DNA of 27,123 nt from Candidatus Heimdallarchaeota archaeon (GCA_018238545.1 JABCTC010000044.1:1-27123), one strand, 5' to 3'. Shown: positions 1 to 10,099, counted from the stretch's first letter. Translations and numbers: made by a program. The notes: a model not told the origin generated them from the sequence alone.

Positions 1-94
1 GTGAAATTATAATAGAAAAACAGATAGTGGTTTTTCAAGCTTTTTCACGCTAAAGACATGTCTTATATAATTTAATATTCTAAAGCTAAAATAA

Positions 95-400
95 TTGTAC
101 CTGAATAAAGATGCTGCAGCTGTTATAGCGGGAAGTACTCTAGAACAGCATTTGAGAAAAGTATGCGTAAAAAATGAGATAATGATCTATAAAGATGGGG
201 AAAAAACAAGATATAAAAAAACTAATATGTTAAAGGATGAACTAGCATCTAAAGGGATTATATCCACAACTTTTCAAAAACAAATAACTTTATGGTTAGA
301 TGTAAGAAATAATGCTGCCCATGGAAATTATGAAGAATATTCAAAAGATTTGGTTGAGGTTTTGATTCAAGGGATTAAATCCTTCATTATTACCATGTGA
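95..400 (+). pseudogene. C-terminal portion of a HEPN-domain protein (DUF4145/Abi-like), probably 5'-truncated
   Basis: DAAAVIAGSTLEQHLR helix plus RNNAAH (HEPN Rx4H) motif; TTG start lies immediately after an in-frame TAA (92-94). Confidence 0.7.
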
Positions 401-524
401 GTTTCACAACACAGTAATGGATAAATAATATTATTTTTCACGTTTTGAGGTTATAGTGTAAGACTCAAATCCAGTCATTCTGTTGCTTCAGTCAAGAACC
501 TATCTTCTTTTCCCTAAGGATAGA

Positions 525-794
525 TTATCCTCTATATTTACATTCTCCTAGATATTTTGGAGAGTATGATAGATCTAATATCTGATGAGAATATTTTATT
601 ACATTGTAACTCTTATCCATAAAGCGCATTTTTCTGAACAAATAAGGTCTGGGAAAAATTCCTTTCGATAAATTATGTTCTAAATCAATACACCTTGTAA
701 TCCAAGTATTGACTGATTTGGTGTCAGTAATTGCTTGATTACTTACAGGACTAGTAATAATGTTATTTTTCTCAAGTTTTTTTAGATGTTCCAC
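525..794 (-). pseudogene. short ORF or gene remnant, unknown function
   Basis: 89-aa ORF with no convincing family motif. Confidence 0.25.
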
Positions 795-917
795 TAATTC
801 TGAATAACAGCTAAATGTAGATATTAAATGAGTGAAATAACAAGATTTAACTTAGTTCAATTTAAGACTCAAAATACTTTAATGTATTTAAACAAATATA
901 ATAATATAGGTGACTGA

Positions 918-2357
918 ATGCGAAAGAGATGGAAGATCATCATTACTAGCTGTATAATTGTGAGTCTTTGCGCTTTAGCTGTCTCTTTACACTACTATTT
1001 TCAACTACCTCCACCAAATAACAACAATAATCATATAACCAACAATAATGGGTTCTATGATGCTCTTATCAATCGTATTTATCCTAATCCACTTTGGAAT
1101 GGTTCAGTTTCTGACATAATCTTAGAAAGTGATGATATAATCCATTTCTGTTCAACGAATTCTTCAAAATATGGAGATGTAATTGTAAATGATAATCTTA
1201 TTTATGGAATCTTAAATTTTCACAACGATTCGTTTTATGGTCTACCTCGGTTTGAGGGGGGTATTGCAGGTGATTTCTACCAAGTTCGAATAGCTTTGGA
1301 CTCTGAAAAAACACCAATCATATACGTCTATGCATACAGTGGGTACGGTTTTCAATTAGGAGAAATTCTAAAAATAACCAATAACTCTTGGGAAAATCAT
1401 CCATTTTTTGATTATTTACCTCTTAACATTAGTACATTAGCTCGAAGTGCTCTGCTAAATTGGTTTTTTTCAGAAACTGGTGATATAGTAATTGCTTTTA
1501 TCTATCAACCTCCAAATATTGATGATGGTACCATTCCCTACGTTAATACGCCTGTTATATACAATGCCAGTTCTAAACAAGCTACTTTCATGCATGAGAT
1601 TTTTCCAGAAATAACTGGTCACGATGTACAAGCTCCTGGAGATTTTAAAATCATGAATTCAACTATTGCTCTTCTTTGGGAAAGAAGAATCGACAATGTA
1701 CAAAGCTATACTTATCTAGCAATTTGTTGGCCTGTTGAAGGTTGGCGACTGTATATATTGGGAGGGGGCTACCCTCCCAGGTTCCCAATAGCTATAATTC
1801 CAAGAAATGAGGGATTTGATGTATTTCATTATGAAAGCGGAAGGGTTAATAATATTAGTAGGCTTTTTGTTACAACTTTTCTTAATTCAACCTATTCTGT
1901 CACTAAGGAGATTACTACTTTTCCAGGTCAATGGTTTTTTATTGAGGAATCTATATTTGAATTAGATGAAGAAAGCTATCTTTTCATCTACTCTCGCTTT
2001 CCCTCTCTTCTGGATTCCCATACAGACCTCTTCTTAGGAAAATATAATGGTACAGTTTTTCAAGAAGTGAGATTAACTGCCACGCCTAATTTTTCTGAAG
2101 TTTATGCTCATGGGGAAAAAGGGGAAGAATATTTTCATTATGTATGGAACAGATACTATGGAAACGAACCTTGGCAAGTTTTCTACAATAGGATAAGTTT
2201 TTCAGAGTTAGATCAACTGTTTGATTCTGGTTCTTTTTCTCACTCTCCTGACTTTCTGCACTGTTCTGCTAAGGATCATTCTGACACTTTATTCTCCTTC
2301 CTTCTAAATCTACAAATTATTCTCGTCAAAAGAGAGTATAACAGTATAATTGTTTAA
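918..2357 (+). CDS. N-terminally membrane-anchored, beta-rich (probable beta-propeller) protein; paralog of 15700..17145
   Basis: Basic N-terminus, TM helix, PPPNNNNN linker; AGGTGA RBS; shares IYPNPLWN, IHFC, PGDFKI, LWER, TDLFL, LTxTPN, YAH and FYNRI with 15700..17145. Confidence 0.85.
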   Translation: MRKRWKIIITSCIIVSLCALAVSLHYYFQLPPPNNNNNHITNNNGFYDALINRIYPNPLWNGSVSDIILESDDIIHFCSTNSSKYGDVIVNDNLIYGILNFHNDSFYGLPRFEGGIAGDFYQVRIALDSEKTPIIYVYAYSGYGFQLGEILKITNNSWENHPFFDYLPLNISTLARSALLNWFFSETGDIVIAFIYQPPNIDDGTIPYVNTPVIYNASSKQATFMHEIFPEITGHDVQAPGDFKIMNSTIALLWERRIDNVQSYTYLAICWPVEGWRLYILGGGYPPRFPIAIIPRNEGFDVFHYESGRVNNISRLFVTTFLNSTYSVTKEITTFPGQWFFIEESIFELDEESYLFIYSRFPSLLDSHTDLFLGKYNGTVFQEVRLTATPNFSEVYAHGEKGEEYFHYVWNRYYGNEPWQVFYNRISFSELDQLFDSGSFSHSPDFLHCSAKDHSDTLFSFLLNLQIILVKREYNSIIV

Positions 2358-2476
2358 TCTCTAAAGAGCATGCAACTCACTAACTCGAAATTTGTTTTAA
2401 ATAGACATTTTTTATGCTAATTTTAAGCAATTCTATTATCTATTAGGATATTTTGTAATAACTTAATTACTTACAA

Positions 2477-3262
2477 CTAATATTCAATAAGATCAAGACA
2501 TTTTTCTCCTAGATTTATCACACTTCTGGTGATATTATCAAAATAGTCGTCTTTTGCTATACTTTTCTTCTCCTCTCCCCTCTTTTTTCGCAATGAAATC
2601 AAATCAAAACCCATTTCATCCTTTTTCCCTTTTTCACCAAACAGAGATAACCAACTTCTTTGTTTTTTAGCTTGTATTCTGATTAATTGAAGTTTTTTTC
2701 CATATATTTGTTTGACATTCTTCTTCGATTTATAGTTGTCTTTTTCTATATTTGAGGACAATAATTCATAGATTACTGCAAGTTTTCTTGCATTTTCAAA
2801 TAATAAAACTTCAGCTAATTGTTTTTTGTTGTAGCTGTAGAAAATCTCTTTTATTTTTTCAATATTATCAATAATACTATAGATTGACTTATTGCAAACG
2901 CTTTTGCTTAATTTGAAGTTCTTTCTCAAATCTCGTCCATGCAGTATTTTGGCTTTACCTACAAAGTGAAAGAAAAAAGGAGCAGAATTTTCATTATTAA
3001 TCCTTTTAATATGGTTAAGTTCAACAATTTTCACATCAAGAGTTATTTGCATTTTTCTCTCTATAACTATTTTTCTGATCTCATCATACAATTGAGTACC
3101 CTTTTTATCTTCACAAATTATTATCAAATCAATATCGCTTAAAGTATCTTGTTTTTCTTCTGCCAATGAACCTCCCAAAAATATTGTTATAATTGTACTA
3201 TAGAGTGGAGTATTCTTGATAATACATAGAAAAGATTCCAACACATTATTCAGAGTATTCAT
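2477..3262 (-). CDS. Pol-beta superfamily (MNT/KNTase-like) nucleotidyltransferase with C-terminal helical domain
   Basis: hGGS-x8-SDIDL signature, third Asp in LDVK, and KILHGRDLR; paralog of 14921..15703. Confidence 0.85.
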   Translation of the reverse strand: MNTLNNVLESFLCIIKNTPLYSTIITIFLGGSLAEEKQDTLSDIDLIIICEDKKGTQLYDEIRKIVIERKMQITLDVKIVELNHIKRINNENSAPFFFHFVGKAKILHGRDLRKNFKLSKSVCNKSIYSIIDNIEKIKEIFYSYNKKQLAEVLLFENARKLAVIYELLSSNIEKDNYKSKKNVKQIYGKKLQLIRIQAKKQRSWLSLFGEKGKKDEMGFDLISLRKKRGEEKKSIAKDDYFDNITRSVINLGEKCLDLIEY

Positions 3263-3519
3263 GCTAATTCATCTTTGAAGTATGAGTAAGTAAGAATGTT
3301 AACCTTCTAAATAATTAGTTTAAATGTCTGGCTTATTAATCTAGAGAAATATGAGTCTTGTGACCAGCTAATGAAGTTTTTAGTTTAAGTACATCATATG
3401 AAGATAATGAAACATGATGACATTTTCCTTAAACAAAGGGATGGATACAGTCAATGAAACTTTAACTTATAATATAGTCAAAAATACAAAAAAACAAATT
3501 AAAACCACTTCTAATTAGT

Positions 3520-3664
3520 TTAGATTAATAAGAACCAAACTGGAACTATCGTTACACCATCTATTATCCCGTAGTAGGATTTATTTCCATATGTTAGAAG
3601 AAAATCTATACTATATTCTGCTAGCTCTTCTTCCTTTTCTTCTAAATCTTCTTTTGTTTACCAT
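3520..3664 (-). pseudogene. internally deleted or frameshifted gene remnant
   Basis: ATG at 3664 directly after the TPR gene stop; a different frame reads TKEDLEEKEEELAEYSIDFLLTYGNKSYYGIIDGVTIVPVWFLLI*, resembling C-termini of archaeal ATPase/DUF4143 proteins. Confidence 0.4.
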
Positions 3665-3665
3665 C

Positions 3666-5375
3666 TTATTTACTTTTCATCATCCTTTTTGTTTCTTTCT
3701 CTGAGTAGGCATTGAACAAATCTCTGTAAATAGTTTGCTGAAACTTCGTCTTGTTCTCTCTTTCTACTGTATCTCTGCTGACTATTTGTTTGTAAAGGAT
3801 TATCTCATCATAGAGTTTTACTAGTCCTTCTTGTTGGCATCTCTTTTCCAATATTGTTAATTTCTGAAATATTACCTTGTTACTTACTCCTTGCAGATAT
3901 GAATAGATATAAGCAAATGCTTCAGCCATGAGTCTCAACGAACTATTTTCTATCTGTTCTATCTTCCCCAGATACATCTCCATGATCTGCATGTATTCCC
4001 CATAATTTCCTGTGGAAAGCAAGAGTTTAGCGATTAAGAGATTAGCAAAAATGTTCTCCGTCTTCTCCTCTTCTTTTCCATTAACCAGCTTTTCCATCGT
4101 TTTCTCTACTTTTTTTCTATATCCTCCTGAACTGTGAGAATTAATCTCTATCAAATAATCTATGACGTTCTTCAAACGCTCTTCGATATGTTTCTCATCT
4201 TTCTTTATTACGCCTTCCAGTGTCTCTACTTTTATCCCAGAATAAACGAGTAACTCTCCCAAGATTTGCGAACTTACATTAAGATTCTTGGTAAATGGGA
4301 TCAATGCGAGAATGCTTTCCTCATCCGTTGCCATCATTAATCCTTTATGAATTGAGTAATAGAGCAATGAGATGTTTAAGGACGTGATAAGGAAAGAGTA
4401 TAATTCTTTGGTCAACATCATCTTGGTTCTACGATGATTAACCACTGATTGAAGATCTATTATTGTTTCTTTTATTCCTTCAAAATCCCCTCTCTCTGCA
4501 TAGATTCTTGCAAGTAGTAGGAGACTACCAATATAGAAGAAGACATTTTGCCCTAGATGCACTCGGTCTTTATTCAACTCTTTAGAAGTTAAGAGATGCA
4601 TCTCAGCTTGAGTTCTAAAAGAATTGTAGAGAAAAAGGTTGCCTAGCATATTGTGTGTTAATACTCGACTATCATCTGAAAGAGTAGAAAAGAGGTGAGT
4701 TTGACTTCTACATTCTGTGAGTATTTCGCTCATTTTTTCCTCTTCGTTGGTCCACGAATAGATTTTAGTCAAATGCTGATAAGTTTTGATGAGAGGGATG
4801 ATCATTTGTTCCTTAAGAAAGTATTTTCTACACTCTTCAAAATGTTCTGCAGCTGTAAAATCTCCTTCTTCAGTGAACACACCATAAGCAAAAGAAAATA
4901 GTATGGCGTGATAATTCATTTTTGATGGGTCAGGGAGAGTATTCATTATCTCCATAGCCTTCTCTCTGGCTTCAATAGCTTCATCGTAATTTTTCTTCAG
5001 TTTCTCTACTTGCCAGATGAGGATTAAAGCTAAAGCCTTCCCTTCTAGATAATTGTTCTGTTCAGCTAATCTCTCCATTCTTGAGATAATCCCTTCGACT
5101 TCAGGTAAAAGATCTATCCTACCAAAAAATAGCCCTTGCTTAGTATAAAGTAGATCAATATGAGAACGATGGTCACCTAATTCTAGACTTTTCTCTATAG
5201 TTTTATCTATAATCTCTAAAGCTTCTTTCTCCTCCCAATTCCTGTAACTTTTTCTAATCTCTAGAGCAATTTCCTGTAACTCTTCTATTGTATCTATATC
5301 TTCTACCTGTTCCCCTAAAGGGCGAGAATAGTTTTTTACTTCTAAACTTTTTTCCACTTCATACACCAAATCCAT
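3666..5375 (-). CDS. tetratricopeptide-repeat-like alpha-helical protein
   Basis: 569-aa ORF with TPR-like helix pairs (YDEAIEAREKAMEI, AAEHFEEC, HNMLGNLF, LLLARIYAERGDF). Confidence 0.75.
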   Translation of the reverse strand: MDLVYEVEKSLEVKNYSRPLGEQVEDIDTIEELQEIALEIRKSYRNWEEKEALEIIDKTIEKSLELGDHRSHIDLLYTKQGLFFGRIDLLPEVEGIISRMERLAEQNNYLEGKALALILIWQVEKLKKNYDEAIEAREKAMEIMNTLPDPSKMNYHAILFSFAYGVFTEEGDFTAAEHFEECRKYFLKEQMIIPLIKTYQHLTKIYSWTNEEEKMSEILTECRSQTHLFSTLSDDSRVLTHNMLGNLFLYNSFRTQAEMHLLTSKELNKDRVHLGQNVFFYIGSLLLLARIYAERGDFEGIKETIIDLQSVVNHRRTKMMLTKELYSFLITSLNISLLYYSIHKGLMMATDEESILALIPFTKNLNVSSQILGELLVYSGIKVETLEGVIKKDEKHIEERLKNVIDYLIEINSHSSGGYRKKVEKTMEKLVNGKEEEKTENIFANLLIAKLLLSTGNYGEYMQIMEMYLGKIEQIENSSLRLMAEAFAYIYSYLQGVSNKVIFQKLTILEKRCQQEGLVKLYDEIILYKQIVSRDTVERENKTKFQQTIYRDLFNAYSEKETKRMMKSK

Positions 5376-5491
5376 GTCTCAAAGTGGGATGATTTAACAA
5401 AAAGGGTAAACTATTATTCACAAATTCGTATAAATACATTTAGGAAAAAAAGTAGTTAGTGAAAAAAAGAAAAAGATTAAACAAAATAAAA

Positions 5492-6604
5492 CTAGAGGCC
5501 TATTATAGCTATATTGTAGAAATAGTAATCTGCAGGTACCCATATTGAAGGATCTGCTTGATCGGTTGTCACCCAAGCTTTTTCTTGATATCCTCCTTCA
5601 AATGGTAAGGAATCATAAATATCGTAGATTACTAATGCTTGATTTAGTTCCCACCTCAGTGCTGTAGTATCATAAACTGCACCAATAGTAGTTCTAAATT
5701 CATTTGGATTGGAAATCCAATCCTCCCAATTAACTCTTCCGTCAGAGATTGTATGACCTAAATCTATAGCCCACCAGCCATTATTTATCGAGCTAGTTCC
5801 GACATACACTTCTGTAAGCATATGTTCATAATAATGTGGTTCGGCAGCACCTTGTTGCGTTTTGTAAACTATTGACCACATTCTTGATGGCAATCCAACT
5901 GATCTCGCTAAACCTGCTATGAAAACTGAATAACATGAGCATTCATATGCTATGCCATCCAACTTCCCGTTGTTTAGATAATCTTCGCTCATATAGATAT
6001 CAGTATACCAGTTTGGATTACTGTTATATGGTGCAATGGTATAGCTGCTCAATCTGTCCCAAATAGCTTCCATCCATTTTTGAGGTGTGTCTACTTCTGA
6101 TAAGGTTCTTCCAGCAGCTATTAATATTTGTACTGATGCTTTGTATACTGTCAAACTATTTGGGTGTCGAAATTGATCAGTTGCTTCATTTTTTGTAGTT
6201 GTAAATGGATCATTAATGTTAAAATATACTGCCCTATCTAAGTCGATATTCCTCTTGTAAGAAACACCAGTATAGAGAGCCGTGTAAGTTTTAACTTGAG
6301 TATCCCATCCTGTTATTTGATACGTTAATACCGCTGTTGTTGTGGTGTATTGAGTTGTTCCTGAAACAGTGTAGTAGCCTGTTGATGATGTAACTGCAAT
6401 AACATTAGAATCTCCTACAGTTCCAACCACTATTGCATTAGGTAAACCTTGCCCAGTACTATCATCTCGAACGTATCCCCATACAGTAACAGTTCCGCCT
6501 CCTCCACCACCACCTCCCCAATCAAATGCAGAAATGAAAGTATTTGAGGATAAAAGTCCAGCAAAAAATAAAAGAACAAAAAGTTTTCTTGTTATATTTT
6601 TCAT
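5492..6604 (-). CDS. secreted transglutaminase-like (Cys-His-Asp) protein with N-terminal carboxypeptidase-regulatory-like beta-sandwich
   Basis: Signal peptide, Gly8 linker, VxGYVRDDSTGQGLPNA...TSSTGYY; ECSCYSVFIAGLARSVGLPSR, HMLTEVY and WWAID motifs. Confidence 0.85.
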   Translation of the reverse strand: MKNITRKLFVLLFFAGLLSSNTFISAFDWGGGGGGGGTVTVWGYVRDDSTGQGLPNAIVVGTVGDSNVIAVTSSTGYYTVSGTTQYTTTTAVLTYQITGWDTQVKTYTALYTGVSYKRNIDLDRAVYFNINDPFTTTKNEATDQFRHPNSLTVYKASVQILIAAGRTLSEVDTPQKWMEAIWDRLSSYTIAPYNSNPNWYTDIYMSEDYLNNGKLDGIAYECSCYSVFIAGLARSVGLPSRMWSIVYKTQQGAAEPHYYEHMLTEVYVGTSSINNGWWAIDLGHTISDGRVNWEDWISNPNEFRTTIGAVYDTTALRWELNQALVIYDIYDSLPFEGGYQEKAWVTTDQADPSIWVPADYYFYNIAIIGL

Positions 6605-6616
6605 ATTTTCTCTCCT

Positions 6617-6632
6617 TGGTTAAACTTAACCA
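6617..6632. promoter_or_regulatory. palindrome TGGTTAA-AC-TTAACCA, candidate operator
   Basis: 7-bp perfect inverted repeat with 2-bp spacer, 13 bp upstream of the 6604 start codon and next to the AGGAG RBS. Confidence 0.4.
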
Positions 6633-7043
6633 TGTTAATAAAATGAATAAAGAAATATAACTTTTTTGTAAAATAACGTGAGAATGAAATAAGCCAGAAA
6701 TTTTCTCTTCTGCTACTTGAGATTCATTAACACATATCATCAATTAAGTTCCTATCTCACTGAAAACAAATCCTTCAAGAGATAAGATATATTTTATCCC
6801 CTTGAAGATGACCCAATGTAACAATGTTATGAAATTTCTTCAAGAACCTGAACCCGATTTGGAATTTTTTGATGATTTGGAGCATTTAAATGATTAAAAA
6901 TTCTTTTCCACTCTAATTGTTTTATTTAGAGAGCGAAGAAAAAAAGTATAAAGGGACCAAGAAGGAAAACATAGAGCTGAAACAATGATGAAGAAAAAGA
7001 GAATTAGAACAGGAAATAGAAAGGTTTTAATTTTGTCTATAGA

Positions 7044-7604
7044 TTGTACAATGCTATGGAAGAGGGATTGTTAAAGAAGTCTGAGAAACTACTAAATGAG
7101 TTAAACGAGTCTTGTGATTCTGCTATTGATGATTTTGATGAATATAACCCTGAAGATCTGTGGGACGATCTATACAAAATTATTGATAAAATTGAGAATC
7201 TTCAGCAAGGAGGGAATATTCCTGAGATGGTTTGGATGGATACTACTCTTCCATCAGATCAAGATGAAGACGATAAGATGGATGTCATTTCCTTCAAAAT
7301 AGATGTTCAATATGTGGAAAGAGGATTAACAAAGATTATCGATTGGATCGAAAATTATCATGAAGAGGATGTAGAAGAAAAGAAGACGATAGATGAGAAA
7401 GAAACTGACAAAAGTAGTGTTTCTGATTTTGTAGAAGTTAAAAAAAGTAAAGAAAAAAAAGAAAAAAGTGCATATTTAACTTTGGGACCAATTAGAATAC
7501 CAATAACAAAAGAACAAGCAAAATATATTATTATAGGATTTATCCTTGGAATAACTGTCACTTTGTTAGCGGTTGTTTTACCTATTTTGCTGAAATTACT
7601 TTAA
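7044..7604 (+). CDS. acidic helical protein with C-terminal TM anchor
   Basis: 186-aa ORF (ATG at 7056 is a possible start) ending in hydrophobic YIIIGFILGITVTLLAVVLPILLKLL. Confidence 0.7.
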   Translation: MYNAMEEGLLKKSEKLLNELNESCDSAIDDFDEYNPEDLWDDLYKIIDKIENLQQGGNIPEMVWMDTTLPSDQDEDDKMDVISFKIDVQYVERGLTKIIDWIENYHEEDVEEKKTIDEKETDKSSVSDFVEVKKSKEKKEKSAYLTLGPIRIPITKEQAKYIIIGFILGITVTLLAVVLPILLKLL

Positions 7605-7821
7605 AGGAAAAGGAAAAAATGAAACTCTCAGAGTTAAATAAACGATTTCTAAAAAACAAATTAACGAAATTGAAGGTTATGAACCATTGTGATGAACCTG
7701 TTCGGGAAGAAGTTCAGAAACTCCTAACAGAAATTATTTGATTTTACAAACACATATCTGGTATGTGTTAAAGAAGGAATTGTAAAAGGTTTGTTTCTTT
7801 TTATTTGTTCTACTTTTCCCT

Positions 7822-8175
7822 TTATAAAGGAATAAACCCAGCTATTATTGGCATGGTTAGATACATCAAAAAAAACGGAAATAAAAATTTCAACAAAGGA
7901 GTTGGTTTGGTTTTTTCTCCCTGATGTTTTTTACTATTTTGAAAAGCTATTATCGGATAGTAGATTAGGTAAAATGCCAATAATGGTATTCCTATTGTAT
8001 AACCAATATATTTCATGTCCCAGTAGTAATGCCATCTAATGTGTTCTATTTGTCCCATGATTGCTATAATGCTAATTATTATCGCTACTGTTCCCAACCA
8101 GATTAAAATGATTATACCATACTTTCTTACTATAGGTTTCCATTCCTTATTTTCTATTGTAGACATTTCTCTCAC
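7822..8175 (-). CDS. small membrane protein (about 3 TM)
   Basis: Three hydrophobic segments in 117 aa. Confidence 0.7.
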   Translation of the reverse strand: MREMSTIENKEWKPIVRKYGIIILIWLGTVAIIISIIAIMGQIEHIRWHYYWDMKYIGYTIGIPLLAFYLIYYPIIAFQNSKKHQGEKTKPTPLLKFLFPFFLMYLTMPIIAGFIPL

Positions 8176-8257
8176 CCTTTGTACTCAGTAAACAGGTTTT
8201 TCATAATAAAAGGATTCTCCTATTATCTGGGATATATCAATAATCTAGTTAAAAACT

Positions 8258-8803
8258 TTGAATCTATACTTTGATAAACCACCAAGTCATATTTTTTTCT
8301 TGATGCCGAAAAAGAAAGGTCCTAAACAAACTTACTTTATCAATGATATGGAAGTTTTTTCAACCCGTTACAATCCTTCTAAAGATGGAGTTCATGAAAC
8401 TCGATGGGGTGGCTCAGTTAAGGGTCAAAAATCAGATATTTCATCTTGGTACGATGCAACTACAGAGGGGAATCATATTGTTAACTGGCTCGAGCCTGGA
8501 AATGGAGTACCAGTACTAGAAGATGCTTATTTAGATCGTGAACTTCGGATTGCTAGAGGAACTTGGAGATATGCTGATGGAACAAGTTTTAGTGTCCCTT
8601 ACTTAGCTGCGATTGTTGCACTAATTATTACCGGATATCATAATGGTATTGGTTCTTCTACTGATCCTTCTTTGCAAAAAGTGATAGATATTTTACAATA
8701 TGCTAGTTCAAGGAGTACATTTGACCAACAAATGGGTTATGGTTATGTAGACACTTATTTAGCTTATGGCAAAGCATACACAGAGGGTTGTCTAGCAGCT
8801 TAA
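8258..8803 (+). pseudogene. C-terminal fragment of an S8 (subtilisin-like) serine protease
   Basis: DGTSFSVPYLAAIVALI catalytic-Ser motif and MGYGYVD; no DTG or HG motifs and no signal peptide. Confidence 0.75.
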
Positions 8804-8876
8804 ATGTTATATATATGTTTGAGTATAAATAATTTGAGTAATCTGTTAGTAAGTTGAATCAAGGTGGAGAAAACAC

Positions 8877-9542
8877 ATGATTGAAAAATCAGTAAAATTC
8901 TTAGTTATCAGTATATTTATCCCTATCCTTGTATTTCCAAGTATTTTATCAGTTCATGGATATCTGCCATTAGTTTCTTCTAGAGTTTCAAAGATTAATG
9001 AAATTGTTGTGATTCCAAATCCAGATTTTCATATACCCAACGTTACCTTATATGGTATCGATGTAGATGTGGAAATTTTAAATAGAGAGGATGAAAATCT
9101 AACAGTTGTAGAATTAGCAATTCTTGACCCCAAAGTCTTTATCGAAGCAAAATTTGTAAATCAATCTTTGGAATTTGAAGCGATGGCAATTGCTTTTGCA
9201 CAAGTAAAACGTTATTCTTATCAGCCTGGAATCACAGCTGAAAATGATTACGTTGTTTTTTATATTAATCAAGCAAATATGACACAACTTCCGGATGGCA
9301 ATTATACTCTATATAGACCAATATTTTGGGAATCTTCCGAACTTAGTATTGTTAAAGGAGAGACGTTACGAACGAATATAACTGTGACTTTTGGTATAGT
9401 GAACATTACATACGCTAACTTTAGCTATCTGTCTACTGACAATGTAACTTTCTCAAACATATCATCCCTAGTAATTTTTTCACTGTGTTTGTATCCAATA
9501 ATTAGATTTAGAAGAAGAAGAAGAAAATCAAGAAGTGTCTGA
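8877..9542 (+). CDS. cell-surface protein with signal peptide and C-terminal TM + poly-Arg tail
   Basis: N-terminal hydrophobic segment, several NxT/S sequons, LPDGNYTLY, and C-terminal TM followed by RFRRRRRK; AGGTGG RBS. Confidence 0.8.
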   Translation: MIEKSVKFLVISIFIPILVFPSILSVHGYLPLVSSRVSKINEIVVIPNPDFHIPNVTLYGIDVDVEILNREDENLTVVELAILDPKVFIEAKFVNQSLEFEAMAIAFAQVKRYSYQPGITAENDYVVFYINQANMTQLPDGNYTLYRPIFWESSELSIVKGETLRTNITVTFGIVNITYANFSYLSTDNVTFSNISSLVIFSLCLYPIIRFRRRRRKSRSV

Positions 9543-9597
9543 AATACTTTCACTACAAATCAGCAGATGATTGTGACTATTAATAAAATGGGTTTCT

Positions 9598-9623
9598 TAG
9601 TTGCTATACTAGTTGCTATACTA
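9598..9623. repeat. 12-bp tandem duplication TAGTTGCTATAC x2
   Basis: 9598-9609 and 9610-9621 are identical, followed by TA. Confidence 0.85.
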
Positions 9624-9641
9624 AAAGACTTAATCTATTAG

Positions 9642-9991
9642 TATGATTATGAATTTAGTGTTTTTGAACAAGAAGACACTATTGAAAATGTATCTTCTCA
9701 AGGAGTATATGCTAATTTCTATCTAAAAATTTGGGGAAGTGGAGAAGATCCAGTAGATTCATTATAACAGCTACAGATGAAGAAAATTATGCCTATCCTT
9801 GGTGGTATGATGAAGGAGAAATCCCCGATTGTGAACCTTGTTTTGAACATTATTTCTTCACAAGGATAAGTCAAGGATATGATGATTACAGCTCATATAC
9901 TTATGCAGATACTCAAACGCAAATCGAATGGCCGTACCAAGAACCTTTGTATGATGATCAACTAACCTATACTTGGTTTGAGTGGTGGTAA
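9642..9991 (+). pseudogene. 3' remnant of an acidic/aromatic protein ending DDQLTYTWFEWW
   Basis: Two joined frames (YDYEFSVFEQ...WGSGEDPVD, then IITATDEE...FEWW*); homologous C-terminus at 10860-11009. Confidence 0.6.
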
Positions 9992-10004
9992 CATATTGAT
10001 GACC

Positions 10005-10025
10005 ACTTTTTTCTTTTTTCTTTTT
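10005..10025 (+). terminator. poly-T archaeal-type terminator
   Basis: T-tract just after the FEWW stop codon; conserved counterpart at about 11023-11043. Confidence 0.5.
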
Positions 10026-10099
10026 ACTCGTTTGAGATTAGTAAAGACTCAATTGGATGTTTCTATTTCTGTTAAAAACACTTAAGAGGTTTCAATCAC

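Noticed and set aside
459-873. AAGACTCAA motif at about 460, 864 and 10043 as a cassette recombination site
   Set aside because: Too short for AT-rich DNA and not found consistently at unit boundaries
5455-5477. Degenerate third copy of the 89-bp repeat (GTTAGTGAA...AGAT)
   Set aside because: Low-complexity A-tract, better explained as the minus-strand terminator of the transglutaminase-like gene
6773-6807. Imperfect hairpin CTTCAAG...CTTGAAG (and ACTGTA-AGA-TACAGT at 24775-24789) as attC-like sites
   Set aside because: Single occurrences with no shared consensus or GTT core sites; expected by chance
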